From: a virus
Taxonomy: Duplodnaviria; Caudoviricetes
Strand: one strand, 5' to 3'
DNA: 52,577 nucleotides
IMG/VR virus record: IMGVR_UViG_3300050139_000048
Location: 1 to 52,577 of that record
Positions 37,129 through 46,362 of the stretch are shown piece by piece (position 1 is the first letter of the stretch; every line of letters starts with the position of its first letter). Position numbers and translations under genes: made by a program. The notes under the pieces are model-generated. The model saw nothing but the letters and a program-made list of their open reading frames with translations, was not told where the DNA came from and did not search any database.

Positions 37129-38135
37129 TTGAGCCTCACCGGCCCGCGGGCCTCGGCCGCCGGCGCGGCGCCGTCCTTGCCGTCGCGCCCGCGCTTCGTG
37201 CTGAGACGCCACGCATCGGACGTGCCCGGCTTATCGGTTGTTGCGCGCTGAGCAATCCAGCCGCTACCGTCCCAGGAAACGTGATCCCCGGACTTGTACT
37301 CGCCATCACGCCATACGCCGCGGTCAAGCACCATCGGTACGGTGAAAGCCGAGACCGCCTTCGTGCCGCTGGTGAGCATCGCGGCCACCTCAAGCTCGCG
37401 CGGATCCTCGCCCTGCGTCACGACTAGCGCCGAAACGCCTTCGACTATGACCACCCAACCCGCCTTGACCAATCCATCGGTCACAGGATCGGTCGCGCGC
37501 GCCGCCCGAATCAGCCCGCCTGCATGGCTCACCCAGGTGCCGCGCGGGTAGCTGCGCGATTCATCGATGCTCGGCAGAACATCAAGTTCGGCGGCATCGC
37601 GCCCATCTCGCCCGTCAGCCGCCAGCGTCTGCGGAATCGATGCGACCGCCTTGTCGACGGCATCGCGCACCATCAGCGCAACCGTGTCCGGGTGAATGCT
37701 GGCGCCGTCCTTTCCGGGCGCGCCAGGATCGCCCTTGACCGATGCGCCGACCGGGCCTATCTCTCCGACCGGACCGCGGTCGCCGGGATCGCCTTTTTCG
37801 CCCTTGATGGACTCGCCGCGTTCGCCAGCCGGCCCTTGCAGACCACGCTCACCAGCCGGTCCAGGCGCACCGTCTTTCGCTGGCGGAATATCTGCGACTG
37901 CGCGATCTACCTCGGCGCGGATGAATTCAGGATCGGCATCCTTGCCGGGATCGCCCTTATCACCCCTGATCGACTCCCCAGCGTCCCCCTTGTCACCCTT
38001 CGGGCCGGCTGGAATCGCGGTGAGCCGCGCATCCAGTTCGTTCACCCGCTTTGCTACGTCTCCGACCAGGCCGGACACGTAGGCGCGTACTGCGACGAAT
38101 ACCTCGTCGGCCATCTTCTCGATTTCAGGCAGCAT
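37125..38135 (-). CDS. Collagen-repeat virion protein
   Basis: Gly-X-Y runs (GPKGDKGDAG, GPAGERGLQGPAGERG); C-terminal Y..GD.V.W.GS.W.A and KRGRDGKD. Confidence 0.85.
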   Translation of the reverse strand: MLPEIEKMADEVFVAVRAYVSGLVGDVAKRVNELDARLTAIPAGPKGDKGDAGESIRGDKGDPGKDADPEFIRAEVDRAVADIPPAKDGAPGPAGERGLQGPAGERGESIKGEKGDPGDRGPVGEIGPVGASVKGDPGAPGKDGASIHPDTVALMVRDAVDKAVASIPQTLAADGRDGRDAAELDVLPSIDESRSYPRGTWVSHAGGLIRAARATDPVTDGLVKAGWVVIVEGVSALVVTQGEDPRELEVAAMLTSGTKAVSAFTVPMVLDRGVWRDGEYKSGDHVSWDGSGWIAQRATTDKPGTSDAWRLSTKRGRDGKDGAAPAAEARGPVRLK

Positions 38136-39558
38136 TGGCGCGCTCCAGATCATCGATCCTCGCCTGCATGAACTTGAATTTCAGCGAGTCGGAGAAACCC
38201 TTTGCTCCGGCCACGGCCTGAGCGTCGTTTGCGGCTTGATCCGAGCCGCCGGAGGCTGGCGCCGCGGGCGCGAGCTTCGACGACGCGAACGGATCGGGCA
38301 GCGCGTCGCGCTTCGCGAGTGCCGCGAGGCTGTAATTCTGCTGCTGCAGGTAGCACGCGTCTCCACCATCAACCGGCTGCATGTCCTCTCCAGCGCGCGC
38401 TTCATTCGGCTTCATCCAGCCGTCTTTGACGGCGATGCCTTTCGCCGTAAAGCGCGCCGCCGTATCCATGCGCATCAGGTTATCGAGGTCGAATTCGACG
38501 TGATAATTGGACGGAAGCGCAAGGCCGACATCAAGCAGAGCCTCGGCCGACTCAATCAACGCCTGCAGACAGTCCGAGTAATAGGTCTGATTCAGGGATT
38601 CGACGCTGGTGCGCAACGGTTCTTTGTCCCCGAGTTTCCACATCGGGACATGGAAACAGCGCGCGACGTCTTCAACAGTCCATTTCAACTGCTCTATGAG
38701 TTGCATTACATCTGCGGCGAGTCCCATAGACACATACGTAAGTCCGTTCCCAAGAACGGCAGTTCTGCCGATATTCTGGCCGCTATAGTTTGCCTCCCAT
38801 CGGGCCTTCATTTCGGTCGCGTCCGGGTCGCTTATCGATCCGGGTGCCGTCAGTATCCCGGAAGGCCGGCTACCATTAGAGAAAAAGTGCGTGCTATTGG
38901 CCTGGATTCGGTTGCCCATCGTGGCCGAGACACCGCAGGCATAGATCGGCGAAACGCCGACGAGCGGATGCCAAAGGCTGACCATCGTGTCATGGATGAT
39001 CTCCGAAGCTGGGACGGTGACCGTTTCGACCAGCCCAGAGAGGTGATCCGCCATCAGTTCGTAATACACATCGCCGTTCAGGGCGACCAACGGCTTTACG
39101 CGCTGCGCGTCAAGGACGTACATGGCGTTGACTACACCGCGCGCGTCTCGGCCCTTGAGAATATAGGCATTGCCATAGAGCAACTTGGAGACGATCCATT
39201 GCTCGATGAACTTCAGCCAGATTTGAAAGTTGTTAGGCTTTTCAAGCAGAGGCAACCAGGGGGAATTCACTTCAACTTCGGCGCTGATTCCGGCGTCATC
39301 CTCGACCATCAGGTCAATGCCGAGTTTCGCAATGTCGGCCGCGATCAGCGTAACGCATGAAAAGACGGCGGAGAAGGCGAGTATCGAACGCTGCGCGTCG
39401 ACCGTCACATGCTGCTGAAATGCGCCGCTGAACGACTCACGGATCATACCAAACCAGCCGCCACCGGACGGCACGGCCTGAAGGACCTGCGCCTGCGCTC
39501 TAACGCGCGGTGCGAGACCGGCGGCCATGGTGGCAATCAGAGATTTACCCGGCGACAT
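38125..39558 (-). CDS. Portal protein (HK97 family)
   Basis: AVFSCV.LIA.DIA, LL..PN, LLYGNAY, G.SPI, FF.NG.RP.GIL, VAR.F.VP, G.MKPNEAR. Confidence 0.96.
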   Translation of the reverse strand: MSPGKSLIATMAAGLAPRVRAQAQVLQAVPSGGGWFGMIRESFSGAFQQHVTVDAQRSILAFSAVFSCVTLIAADIAKLGIDLMVEDDAGISAEVEVNSPWLPLLEKPNNFQIWLKFIEQWIVSKLLYGNAYILKGRDARGVVNAMYVLDAQRVKPLVALNGDVYYELMADHLSGLVETVTVPASEIIHDTMVSLWHPLVGVSPIYACGVSATMGNRIQANSTHFFSNGSRPSGILTAPGSISDPDATEMKARWEANYSGQNIGRTAVLGNGLTYVSMGLAADVMQLIEQLKWTVEDVARCFHVPMWKLGDKEPLRTSVESLNQTYYSDCLQALIESAEALLDVGLALPSNYHVEFDLDNLMRMDTAARFTAKGIAVKDGWMKPNEARAGEDMQPVDGGDACYLQQQNYSLAALAKRDALPDPFASSKLAPAAPASGGSDQAANDAQAVAGAKGFSDSLKFKFMQARIDDLERANAA

Positions 39559-39802
39559 GCAACAGGCCCCTTATAAGCATTGCGGACAGCAGGAGAAACG
39601 GAACGGCGCCGGCGAGAAGCGCCCAGCCGAGCCCGGCGAGTACGTAGACGCCAGCCACGGCCAGACCGACGCCAGCAAGAAGCGCGAGCGAGGCGACGGC
39701 GTGCGGAGTCGTCGCAAACAGCGCTGTGGCCTTCAGGCGCGCGCCGATGCTGCGCGCAGGACTAATCGGCTCGACGACTACGGCGTCCGCGGCTTCGGTC
39801 AT
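39545..39802 (-). CDS. Small membrane protein upstream of portal
   Basis: Two hydrophobic helices (GVYVLAGLGWALL). Confidence 0.7.
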   Translation of the reverse strand: MTEAADAVVVEPISPARSIGARLKATALFATTPHAVASLALLAGVGLAVAGVYVLAGLGWALLAGAVPFLLLSAMLIRGLLHVAG

Positions 39803-40024
39803 TTAGGTGGCCCGGCGCGTGTATTTGCGCTTCGCGTGCAGCGTGCCCTCGATCGGCGGAGCTTCGTCAGGCGTTGATTCATCCGGCAGTTTCGCGCGGC
39901 CGGTAATTGTCAGCAGATTGACGTGGGCGTCCTCGACCTCGAAGCTGTCTCCGGGCTCAAAGCAACTGCCGGGCGGATATTCAATATTCGATGTCGCAAT
40001 CATTTTTGGCATTTGTAACTCCAA
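39803..40024 (-). CDS. Small head-region protein
   Basis: PGDSFEV...V.LL...G.A motif and basic KRKYTRR tail; follows capsid gene. Confidence 0.65.
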   Translation of the reverse strand: MELQMPKMIATSNIEYPPGSCFEPGDSFEVEDAHVNLLTITGRAKLPDESTPDEAPPIEGTLHAKRKYTRRAT

Positions 40025-40083
40025 AACGAAACACGCCAGCCCGACTTAGGGCCAGCGTGTGTATTGCTCAACTGCTCGCCGAC

Positions 40084-41487
40084 TTAGGCGTAAGCGACGT
40101 TTTGCAGGAACGCAGCGGCCGCAGTGCGCCGTTTGGTCCAGTTCACGTATCTGACGGCTTTGATCGCCCAGGATTGCGTCTGGAACATTGATACGACCGT
40201 GGTCGGCGCGGTGGCGCCGGTGGACAGTTGCGTCGAGGCGGTGTCGAGCATTTCGATTGACGCTTCGTTCGAAATATCGACACTCACGTCACCCTCATCG
40301 GCAACGAAAATCTCGTCCTCAAGAATCAGAACGATCATCTGCCCGAATTGCGGACTGCCGGCGATGTAGGCGTTCTGAGACACGACCACCGGCAGGCCCA
40401 TCCAAGTGCCGCCGTTCACCGTGATGCCGGGGTATTGCGCGCCGCCGAGACTCGTCAGCATCAACGAGAGCTTCAGCGCCGTGGTGGGCGTCATCACCCA
40501 CACACCGGACATCGGGTTCAAGTTCGCAGCGATTGCCGCAGAAAACACGGCAGCCACGTCCACTGCCGCGGCGGCGGCGTTCACCCCGGTCGGAGTCGTC
40601 GGCGTGACGTTGTAGAGCACCGACGCCGGCTTCTCGTTTGTGATCCCGCCGTTGTTCGGGTCGATGAAGGCGACGTCGACCGTCTGCGCCACGGCTTTCG
40701 CCAAGTCGTTTCGGACCATCAACTCGATGCTCGGCGAGGAGCTTTTCAGGACCTCGTCGTCATACGCCGCCATGCCGGCCGCCTTGGTGATCCCCAGGCT
40801 CGTGCTGCCGGTGGTGCCCTTCGACATCGGGATCGTCTTGCCCTGGCCGACCCAATAGCCAGTCGTCCCGCCAGTCAGCGAACCCATACGGACGTTGAAC
40901 GGAACATTGCGCATCCGCGTCAATCGCCCCATGATCGTCAGCGGACGCAGGTACTCGATGAATTCGGACTGCATGTTCTGCGCATAGACGAGTTCCGACG
41001 CCCAGCCAGAGGTGAGCGTGTCGGCAGCGGGAATCGCCGTCATCAGCACTTTGTGGACTTCCGGCGTTTGATCCATCCAACGCCGATTCGCTTGGACCTG
41101 CGCGGCGGCTTCTGCGCGGTTGCCGTGGGCGCGGGCAAGAGCGAGCGCCATGCGAGCGAACGGGATGCCTTTTTCCAGCCGCGGCCCGACGCTGATGATG
41201 CCGGAATTCGCGCGTACGGCGGAGCCAACAACCGGATCGGCGCCGGCCTCCGGCGTGATCGGCTTGGCCGTTGCGATCATCGTGGCTTCATGGGCTTTCA
41301 GGCGCAACAGGTGCGCATCGACAGCCTTGACTTCGCCGGCGAGCGTGTCGTATTCCTCGGTTTCGGCGACATCCAAAGTTCTTCCGTCATCCGACGCTTT
41401 GGACATTATGTCCGTCATACGAGCAGCGGACGCTTGCCTTTTTGCTTCAAACTGACTGATTTGCTCAGCCAAAGTGTGGGTACTCAT
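40084..41487 (-). CDS. Major capsid protein (HK97 fold) with N-terminal scaffold/delta domain
   Basis: Coiled-coil N-terminus; FIEYLRP, WVGQG..IP, WVM.P, G.PVV.S, SMFQT. Confidence 0.95.
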   Translation of the reverse strand: MSTHTLAEQISQFEAKRQASAARMTDIMSKASDDGRTLDVAETEEYDTLAGEVKAVDAHLLRLKAHEATMIATAKPITPEAGADPVVGSAVRANSGIISVGPRLEKGIPFARMALALARAHGNRAEAAAQVQANRRWMDQTPEVHKVLMTAIPAADTLTSGWASELVYAQNMQSEFIEYLRPLTIMGRLTRMRNVPFNVRMGSLTGGTTGYWVGQGKTIPMSKGTTGSTSLGITKAAGMAAYDDEVLKSSSPSIELMVRNDLAKAVAQTVDVAFIDPNNGGITNEKPASVLYNVTPTTPTGVNAAAAAVDVAAVFSAAIAANLNPMSGVWVMTPTTALKLSLMLTSLGGAQYPGITVNGGTWMGLPVVVSQNAYIAGSPQFGQMIVLILEDEIFVADEGDVSVDISNEASIEMLDTASTQLSTGATAPTTVVSMFQTQSWAIKAVRYVNWTKRRTAAAAFLQNVAYA

Positions 41488-41614
41488 GATTTTTTCCTTT
41501 CAGGAAAGTTTTACTGCTTTCCCGAAGCGCCGGGAGAAATGGGTCAAGTGCACCGCCGTTTCCCAACCAATAGCCTGACGCGGCCAGTTGGATTACGCCG
41601 GATAGCTCGACAAT

Positions 41615-41641
41615 AAAAAAGCCGCCCAGACTGCGGCGGCC
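41615..41641 (-). terminator. Intrinsic terminator
   Basis: GCCGCC..GGCGGC-TTTTTT on the minus strand. Confidence 0.75.
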
Positions 41642-41666
41642 TCAATGATTCAGTAATGCAGTTACA

Positions 41667-42338
41667 TCAGTTTCGCAAGGACGCCCATCTCGCGCTCTGC
41701 GCGGCAGACATTCTTTTGCGAGTTTCCAAAGACGCTTTGTTGCCTAGAGCGTTTTTATTTCCACGCAATGTGATTGATAGTTTCGCAAGCGACTCTGGGG
41801 AACGCTTCTTTCCTTTATGCGCCAATGCCATATTGGCCCGCGCCTGTAGTGTGTGCTTGTACCCCTTGCCGGCTGCTGACAATTTTGCGCGTGTTTCAGC
41901 AGAAACAACGAACCCGAGTTTGTATCGCTTCCCGCGTTTTAACTCGGATATCTTTTTGCAGGCTTCCGGTGACAACTTATGTCCGGCCCCGTGTTTATTT
42001 CCCATTTGCGACGCCGCGATCTTCGCGCGCGTTTCAATAGACGGTTTATTCCCTAAGCAACTGCCAGCCGTGCGACACACGTTATATTCAGGATTCAGTG
42101 CGTCAATCGCACGCTGCTCGTACATGATCAAATTTTCTTTCGAGCAGATCAGCAACTTACGGAACGTAAATGCGCTCTCGCCATCCTTTGTCCAAGCGCG
42201 TTGAAGGTGCAGCGTATGATGCACGCCGCGCCGCAACTTGCTGATATGCGAACGCCAACGCTTTTCAAATTTCACCGCTGAGCCGATATACCGGCTGCCG
42301 CTGGCAACATGGACGATTTCGTAAATGCCGCTATTCAC
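41667..42338 (-). CDS. GIY-YIG homing endonuclease with NUMOD3 repeats
   Basis: SGIYEI...YIGSA...R...H; repeated S.ETRAK.SA. Confidence 0.93.
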   Translation of the reverse strand: MNSGIYEIVHVASGSRYIGSAVKFEKRWRSHISKLRRGVHHTLHLQRAWTKDGESAFTFRKLLICSKENLIMYEQRAIDALNPEYNVCRTAGSCLGNKPSIETRAKIAASQMGNKHGAGHKLSPEACKKISELKRGKRYKLGFVVSAETRAKLSAAGKGYKHTLQARANMALAHKGKKRSPESLAKLSITLRGNKNALGNKASLETRKRMSAAQSARWASLRN

Positions 42339-43099
42339 AGGTACACGATGCCTTTTTTTCTTTGATCCATCGGGACGGTGGATTTTATCGGCTTCATGGG
42401 ATCGCGGGCCATTGCGAAAACCACCGGCCTTGCACGAGCAAAAATTGATTGAGTTGCGGCAGCCTTCGCTTTCTTTTCCGCGATGGCCACATCAGCGAAT
42501 CCGTTGGCGACGGCTTCTGGGCCGGTCATCCAGGTTTCTTTTTCCATCATCTTGAGCACATCAGCCACAGGCTGCTTGCTGCGGCTCGCGTAGAGTTCAG
42601 CGACGGCGGTATCAATCTTGTCGAGCATGTCGGCCATGTCGCGCATGTCGTTACGGTTGCCGACAACCATGCCCCAGGCGCTGTGGATCATGAGCATCGC
42701 CGCCGGCGCTACGCGAATAGTCGATCCAGCCATAGCGATTATTGAAGCCGCAGACGCAGCCATTCCAATCACATTCACCGTCACGGCGCCAGGATGATCG
42801 ACCAACAGGTTATAAATTGCGATACCTTCGAAAGCATCTCCGCCTGGGCTGTTGATTGTGACCAGCACTGGCGACTTTCCGAGGGCCTGCAACTTGTCCT
42901 TCACCATTTTGGCGGTGATGAAATTGTCAGTCCAGCCGGATTCTCCGATCTCTCCCAATATCTCGATCTCGCCATCCCCGGCTTTCGCCGCGGCCCGTAT
43001 AGACTTGTCCCACCTGGAAACAGCAGACTCGGGAGCCTTGAATTTCATGCCCTCTGGCTTCGCGTCCATACGAATCGCCAGCATCTTTGATTTACTCAT
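42335..43099 (-). CDS. ClpP-like head maturation protease
   Basis: INSPGGD, AASAAS, MIH, ETW.T..EA...GFAD. Confidence 0.93.
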   Translation of the reverse strand: MSKSKMLAIRMDAKPEGMKFKAPESAVSRWDKSIRAAAKAGDGEIEILGEIGESGWTDNFITAKMVKDKLQALGKSPVLVTINSPGGDAFEGIAIYNLLVDHPGAVTVNVIGMAASAASIIAMAGSTIRVAPAAMLMIHSAWGMVVGNRNDMRDMADMLDKIDTAVAELYASRSKQPVADVLKMMEKETWMTGPEAVANGFADVAIAEKKAKAAATQSIFARARPVVFAMARDPMKPIKSTVPMDQRKKGIVYL

Positions 43100-43851
43100 A
43101 GCCGAATCTCCTGTCTACGTTTCTCCCACGCGACAACCATTCTGGCGCGCGTCTCAGGGGAGCACTTCTTGCCTTTCTTGTAGGCATTACCAATCTTCGA
43201 TGCCGACATCTTCGCCTTCGTGTCATCAGAAAATGTTCTTCCCTTCAACGCGGCGGTAAATTTAGCGACTACCTCGGGAGGGCGCTTGCGGCCAATTAAC
43301 GCGGCGGATATTTTTGCACGATGCTCCGCCGATATTCGTTTTCCCTTCTGCGCCTCAGAGTTCTTTGCGCATGCCTCGGGAGACATTTTTCTTCCGCGAA
43401 TTATCGCGGCTCTTTTTTCTACCGATTCGGGAGACTGCCGCTTTCCAATTCGAGATGCGGACATTTTCGCGCGCGCTTCCGGTGATGCCTTTCGACCAAT
43501 GTTTCTCTTATGACCCACATGCGCAGCGGACATCTTTGCCCGCGTCTCCGGTGTATGCGTCAGCCCCAACGCACTGCCGGCCACCTTGCAAGTGTTGTAC
43601 TCGGGGCGCAGTCCGTCCATTGCGATCTGCTCATACATGATGAGATTTTCACGCGAGCAAATGAGTAACTTGCGAAAATGAAAGACGCCGAGTCCGTATT
43701 TATCATGTGCGCGCTGCAATGCGCGACTGTGGTGCTTTCCTTTTTTCAAACCTAGACGATGGCCCTTCCATCGTTCCGAAAAATTCACAGCCGATCCGAC
43801 GTACCGCTTTCCGTTCGTCGTATTGACGATCTCGTAAATGCCGGTGTTCAT
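43096..43851 (-). CDS. GIY-YIG homing endonuclease with NUMOD3 repeats
   Basis: TGIYEI...YVGSA; shares FRKLLICS.ENLIMYEQ with 41667..42338. Confidence 0.93.
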   Translation of the reverse strand: MNTGIYEIVNTTNGKRYVGSAVNFSERWKGHRLGLKKGKHHSRALQRAHDKYGLGVFHFRKLLICSRENLIMYEQIAMDGLRPEYNTCKVAGSALGLTHTPETRAKMSAAHVGHKRNIGRKASPEARAKMSASRIGKRQSPESVEKRAAIIRGRKMSPEACAKNSEAQKGKRISAEHRAKISAALIGRKRPPEVVAKFTAALKGRTFSDDTKAKMSASKIGNAYKKGKKCSPETRARMVVAWEKRRQEIRL

Positions 43852-44090
43852 TTCGTGTAAACGACTCCGGGCTTCCTTGACGCCGCAGATGCCGCGCCTT
43901 CGTCACCACCGGTAAGCGATAACCACAGATCGCACAGAGCAGCATCGCCGGCGCAATCCTCGAAGCAATCTTCGGCAAAGTCCTCGAGGTCACTGTCTGG
44001 ATTGACAACAATGAATTGCTTGCACATTGCCATGCAAGATTTGTTCATTGCTGACATTTGGGTGAGGAAATCTTTCTGCGTCATTGCCAT
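43848..44090 (-). CDS. Small Cys/acidic-rich protein
   Basis: GGAG ribosome-binding site; CxxxC patterns. Confidence 0.6.
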   Translation of the reverse strand: MAMTQKDFLTQMSAMNKSCMAMCKQFIVVNPDSDLEDFAEDCFEDCAGDAALCDLWLSLTGGDEGAASAASRKPGVVYTK

Positions 44091-44099
44091 GTTTGGCTC

Positions 44100-45947
44100 C
44101 TATACAAAAAGCAATTGAAAAGCCTTCGGCGGCGGAGGCGGCACTCCCATTTCACCAAACGCCATAGCGAGCGCGCAAAAATCATCAATCTTGTCGGCGC
44201 TGCGTTTTTTGTCTGGCGCCATATTCATGTTGACATCAAGCCGAGGCACGACGTTGCTGGCCATCCAATTTAGGGGCGCGTCGCCGCCATGCCTAAGATT
44301 GCCAGCCAGATAGACGCGCTCAAGCTCGCGCATTGCCGGGTTGTAGGACTGAGGTCCTTGACGAAATTCGTGCATGATCGATGCCGTCTTTCCGTCCGGC
44401 AATTGCCTTTCTGGCAACTTTGCCGATAGCCTGTTGATCAAATCGCGCAGGTTCCAACTATCGTATGCAACCGATTTCGGTTTGAAGCGCAGACAAAGTT
44501 CAACGATATCGCGCTCGATGATTTCGTAATCCAGGATGTGTCCAGGGAGCTGCGTTATTAACCCGGCCTGCACCCACCCGGCATACGGCACCGTCGCGCG
44601 CTCTGTGCGCTGATTCACTGCGTCCACCGGCACCCAACGCCAGCCTTTCGTATACACAATGCCATCGACACGCCACACCAGCCGAAAAGCCATAATGTCG
44701 GTCGTCGCAGCGCCGTCCAAGCCGCCCCAGCAGTCCTTGCCTTCGAGAAATGCGAGGTCGACCGGCCCGTTGCAGCGTTTCCACCGCTCGATATTGAGCC
44801 ACGTATTCGCGCCGGCGCTCTGCCGGTTCAGCCGCTTGATCTTGAATTCCGCGTGCGTGCTCGGCATCTGCTTGGCTTCGGTCGCGAGCTTGCGGATCTC
44901 GCGCACCAGCAGCGGATTCACGTCCATCAGCGGGTTCGCCTTCCGCCATTTTGACTCGTCAAAGTCGCCGTCGGCCTCTCTATATCCTGGCTTCCCGGGC
45001 TCGCCGACCTGCTCGTCCAGCGCGAACACCAGCGCGAAGAAGTGGTCGGTATCCGCCTCATTGAGGATCCCGCTCAATACTTGGTGCGCGAATTTCCGAA
45101 TCTCCGGCCACGGCCCGGTGCCCTCATAGCCCTCGGTCGTCGTGTAGAGCCACAGCGCATTCAGGCGCGCGCCGGCCGCCGACTTGAGCACGTTCAACAG
45201 GTCCGCCGTCTTGTGCGCGTGAATCTCGTCCAGGCACGTATGCGACGGATTGAGCCCGTCCTGCGTTGACGCCTTTGCGTTTATCGGACGGAAGTTCGCC
45301 CCCGCCGGCCAGCAGGCGATTGCGTTGGCGAACGGTTCCAGCCCGAACGCTTCCCGCAGATCCGGCGTTTTCTCCACCATCATCTTCGCGGTCTTGAACA
45401 CGATCCGCGCCTGGCTGCCGGTCGTCGCCGCGCTGATCACCTGTGCGCCGGGCTCATCCTCGCAGCACAGGCAGTAAAGCAGGATCGCCGCGGCGGTGAG
45501 ACTTTTTCCATTTTTCCGAGCAATGCTCAGCAGCGCTGTCGTAAACCGTCGCGTTCCGTCGTGATTTCGAAAGCCGAAAATGTTGACGACGAAGAACACA
45601 ATAGCCGGGTGCAGGACAATCGTGTCCGTTTCCCATCGGCCCTCTACGTGCGGCAGCTTCTCGATGAAGTCGCAGGCGTCATTCGCGTGAATCAGCGAGA
45701 ACTTGAACGGCCCGCCCTTCGCTGCCGCACGCTTGCGGTCCTTCAGGTAACGCGATGCGGCAAGCCTGATCCAGTGGCAATTGCGCGCCTGGTCAACGTC
45801 GGCAATCGCGTCCCGCGCAAAGCGGTCTGCTACCGCAACGAAATCACGCGCGACGGGCGGCGTTGTTCGAGAACCTGTTCGTTTCCTTCTTGCCGCCACC
45901 GGCGAGCGTGATGCGGCTGCGACTTGTTGGGGAAAAACCGAGTTCAC
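44100..45947 (-). CDS. terL: Terminase large subunit
   Basis: ARKNGKS Walker A, LDEIH Walker B, KANP, GLD...T.D, DKKRS.DKID; exact start uncertain. Confidence 0.97.
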   Translation of the reverse strand: MNSVFPQQVAAASRSPVAARRKRTGSRTTPPVARDFVAVADRFARDAIADVDQARNCHWIRLAASRYLKDRKRAAAKGGPFKFSLIHANDACDFIEKLPHVEGRWETDTIVLHPAIVFFVVNIFGFRNHDGTRRFTTALLSIARKNGKSLTAAAILLYCLCCEDEPGAQVISAATTGSQARIVFKTAKMMVEKTPDLREAFGLEPFANAIACWPAGANFRPINAKASTQDGLNPSHTCLDEIHAHKTADLLNVLKSAAGARLNALWLYTTTEGYEGTGPWPEIRKFAHQVLSGILNEADTDHFFALVFALDEQVGEPGKPGYREADGDFDESKWRKANPLMDVNPLLVREIRKLATEAKQMPSTHAEFKIKRLNRQSAGANTWLNIERWKRCNGPVDLAFLEGKDCWGGLDGAATTDIMAFRLVWRVDGIVYTKGWRWVPVDAVNQRTERATVPYAGWVQAGLITQLPGHILDYEIIERDIVELCLRFKPKSVAYDSWNLRDLINRLSAKLPERQLPDGKTASIMHEFRQGPQSYNPAMRELERVYLAGNLRHGGDAPLNWMASNVVPRLDVNMNMAPDKKRSADKIDDFCALAMAFGEMGVPPPPPKAFQLLFV

Positions 45948-46362
45948 TGGTTGCCTTCATCATCCTTTGAAAAGCCTCGCGCCTGATCTTGACCCAGTTC
46001 GAGAGCACCATCGTTACCGAGCGCACCGTCTTGACCTGCGTCCCGTCCGGGTTGATTGTGATTCTCTGGTCGCCGCCCTTTTTCACTTCGCGCCCGTGTT
46101 CGCGCAGCATCTTTTCGGCAAGGTCTACCTCCGCGGCAGCGAGCACCCAGCCGAGAAACAGTTTCAGATCGAGCAGCCGCAGAAGTCCACGCGGCGCGTG
46201 CTCGATCGCGTAGCACCAGATTTCCCGTTCCTCGGCTGTCAGTTCGGCGGGCGGCGCGAGGAGGTCACCAACAGGCTGCGGCTCGTCGCGGTTAAGCGGA
46301 CGCTTGCCCGCGTTTCCGTCAAGCAGTCTCAGGTGCGTCGGTGTTGGCTTGCGTCCTCTCAC
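45844..46362 (-). CDS. terS: Terminase small subunit (P27 family)
   Basis: GRKPTPT.L..L.GN.GKR.LN..EP and ELGFSP.SRSR. Confidence 0.93.
   Translation of the reverse strand: MRGRKPTPTHLRLLDGNAGKRPLNRDEPQPVGDLLAPPAELTAEEREIWCYAIEHAPRGLLRLLDLKLFLGWVLAAAEVDLAEKMLREHGREVKKGGDQRITINPDGTQVKTVRSVTMVLSNWVKIRREAFQRMMKATSELGFSPTSRSRITLAGGGKKETNRFSNNAARRA

Noticed and set aside
38236-41616. Long antisense ORFs 38236..39360 and 40348..41616
   Set aside because: Shadow frames of the high-GC portal and capsid genes with no recognisable motifs
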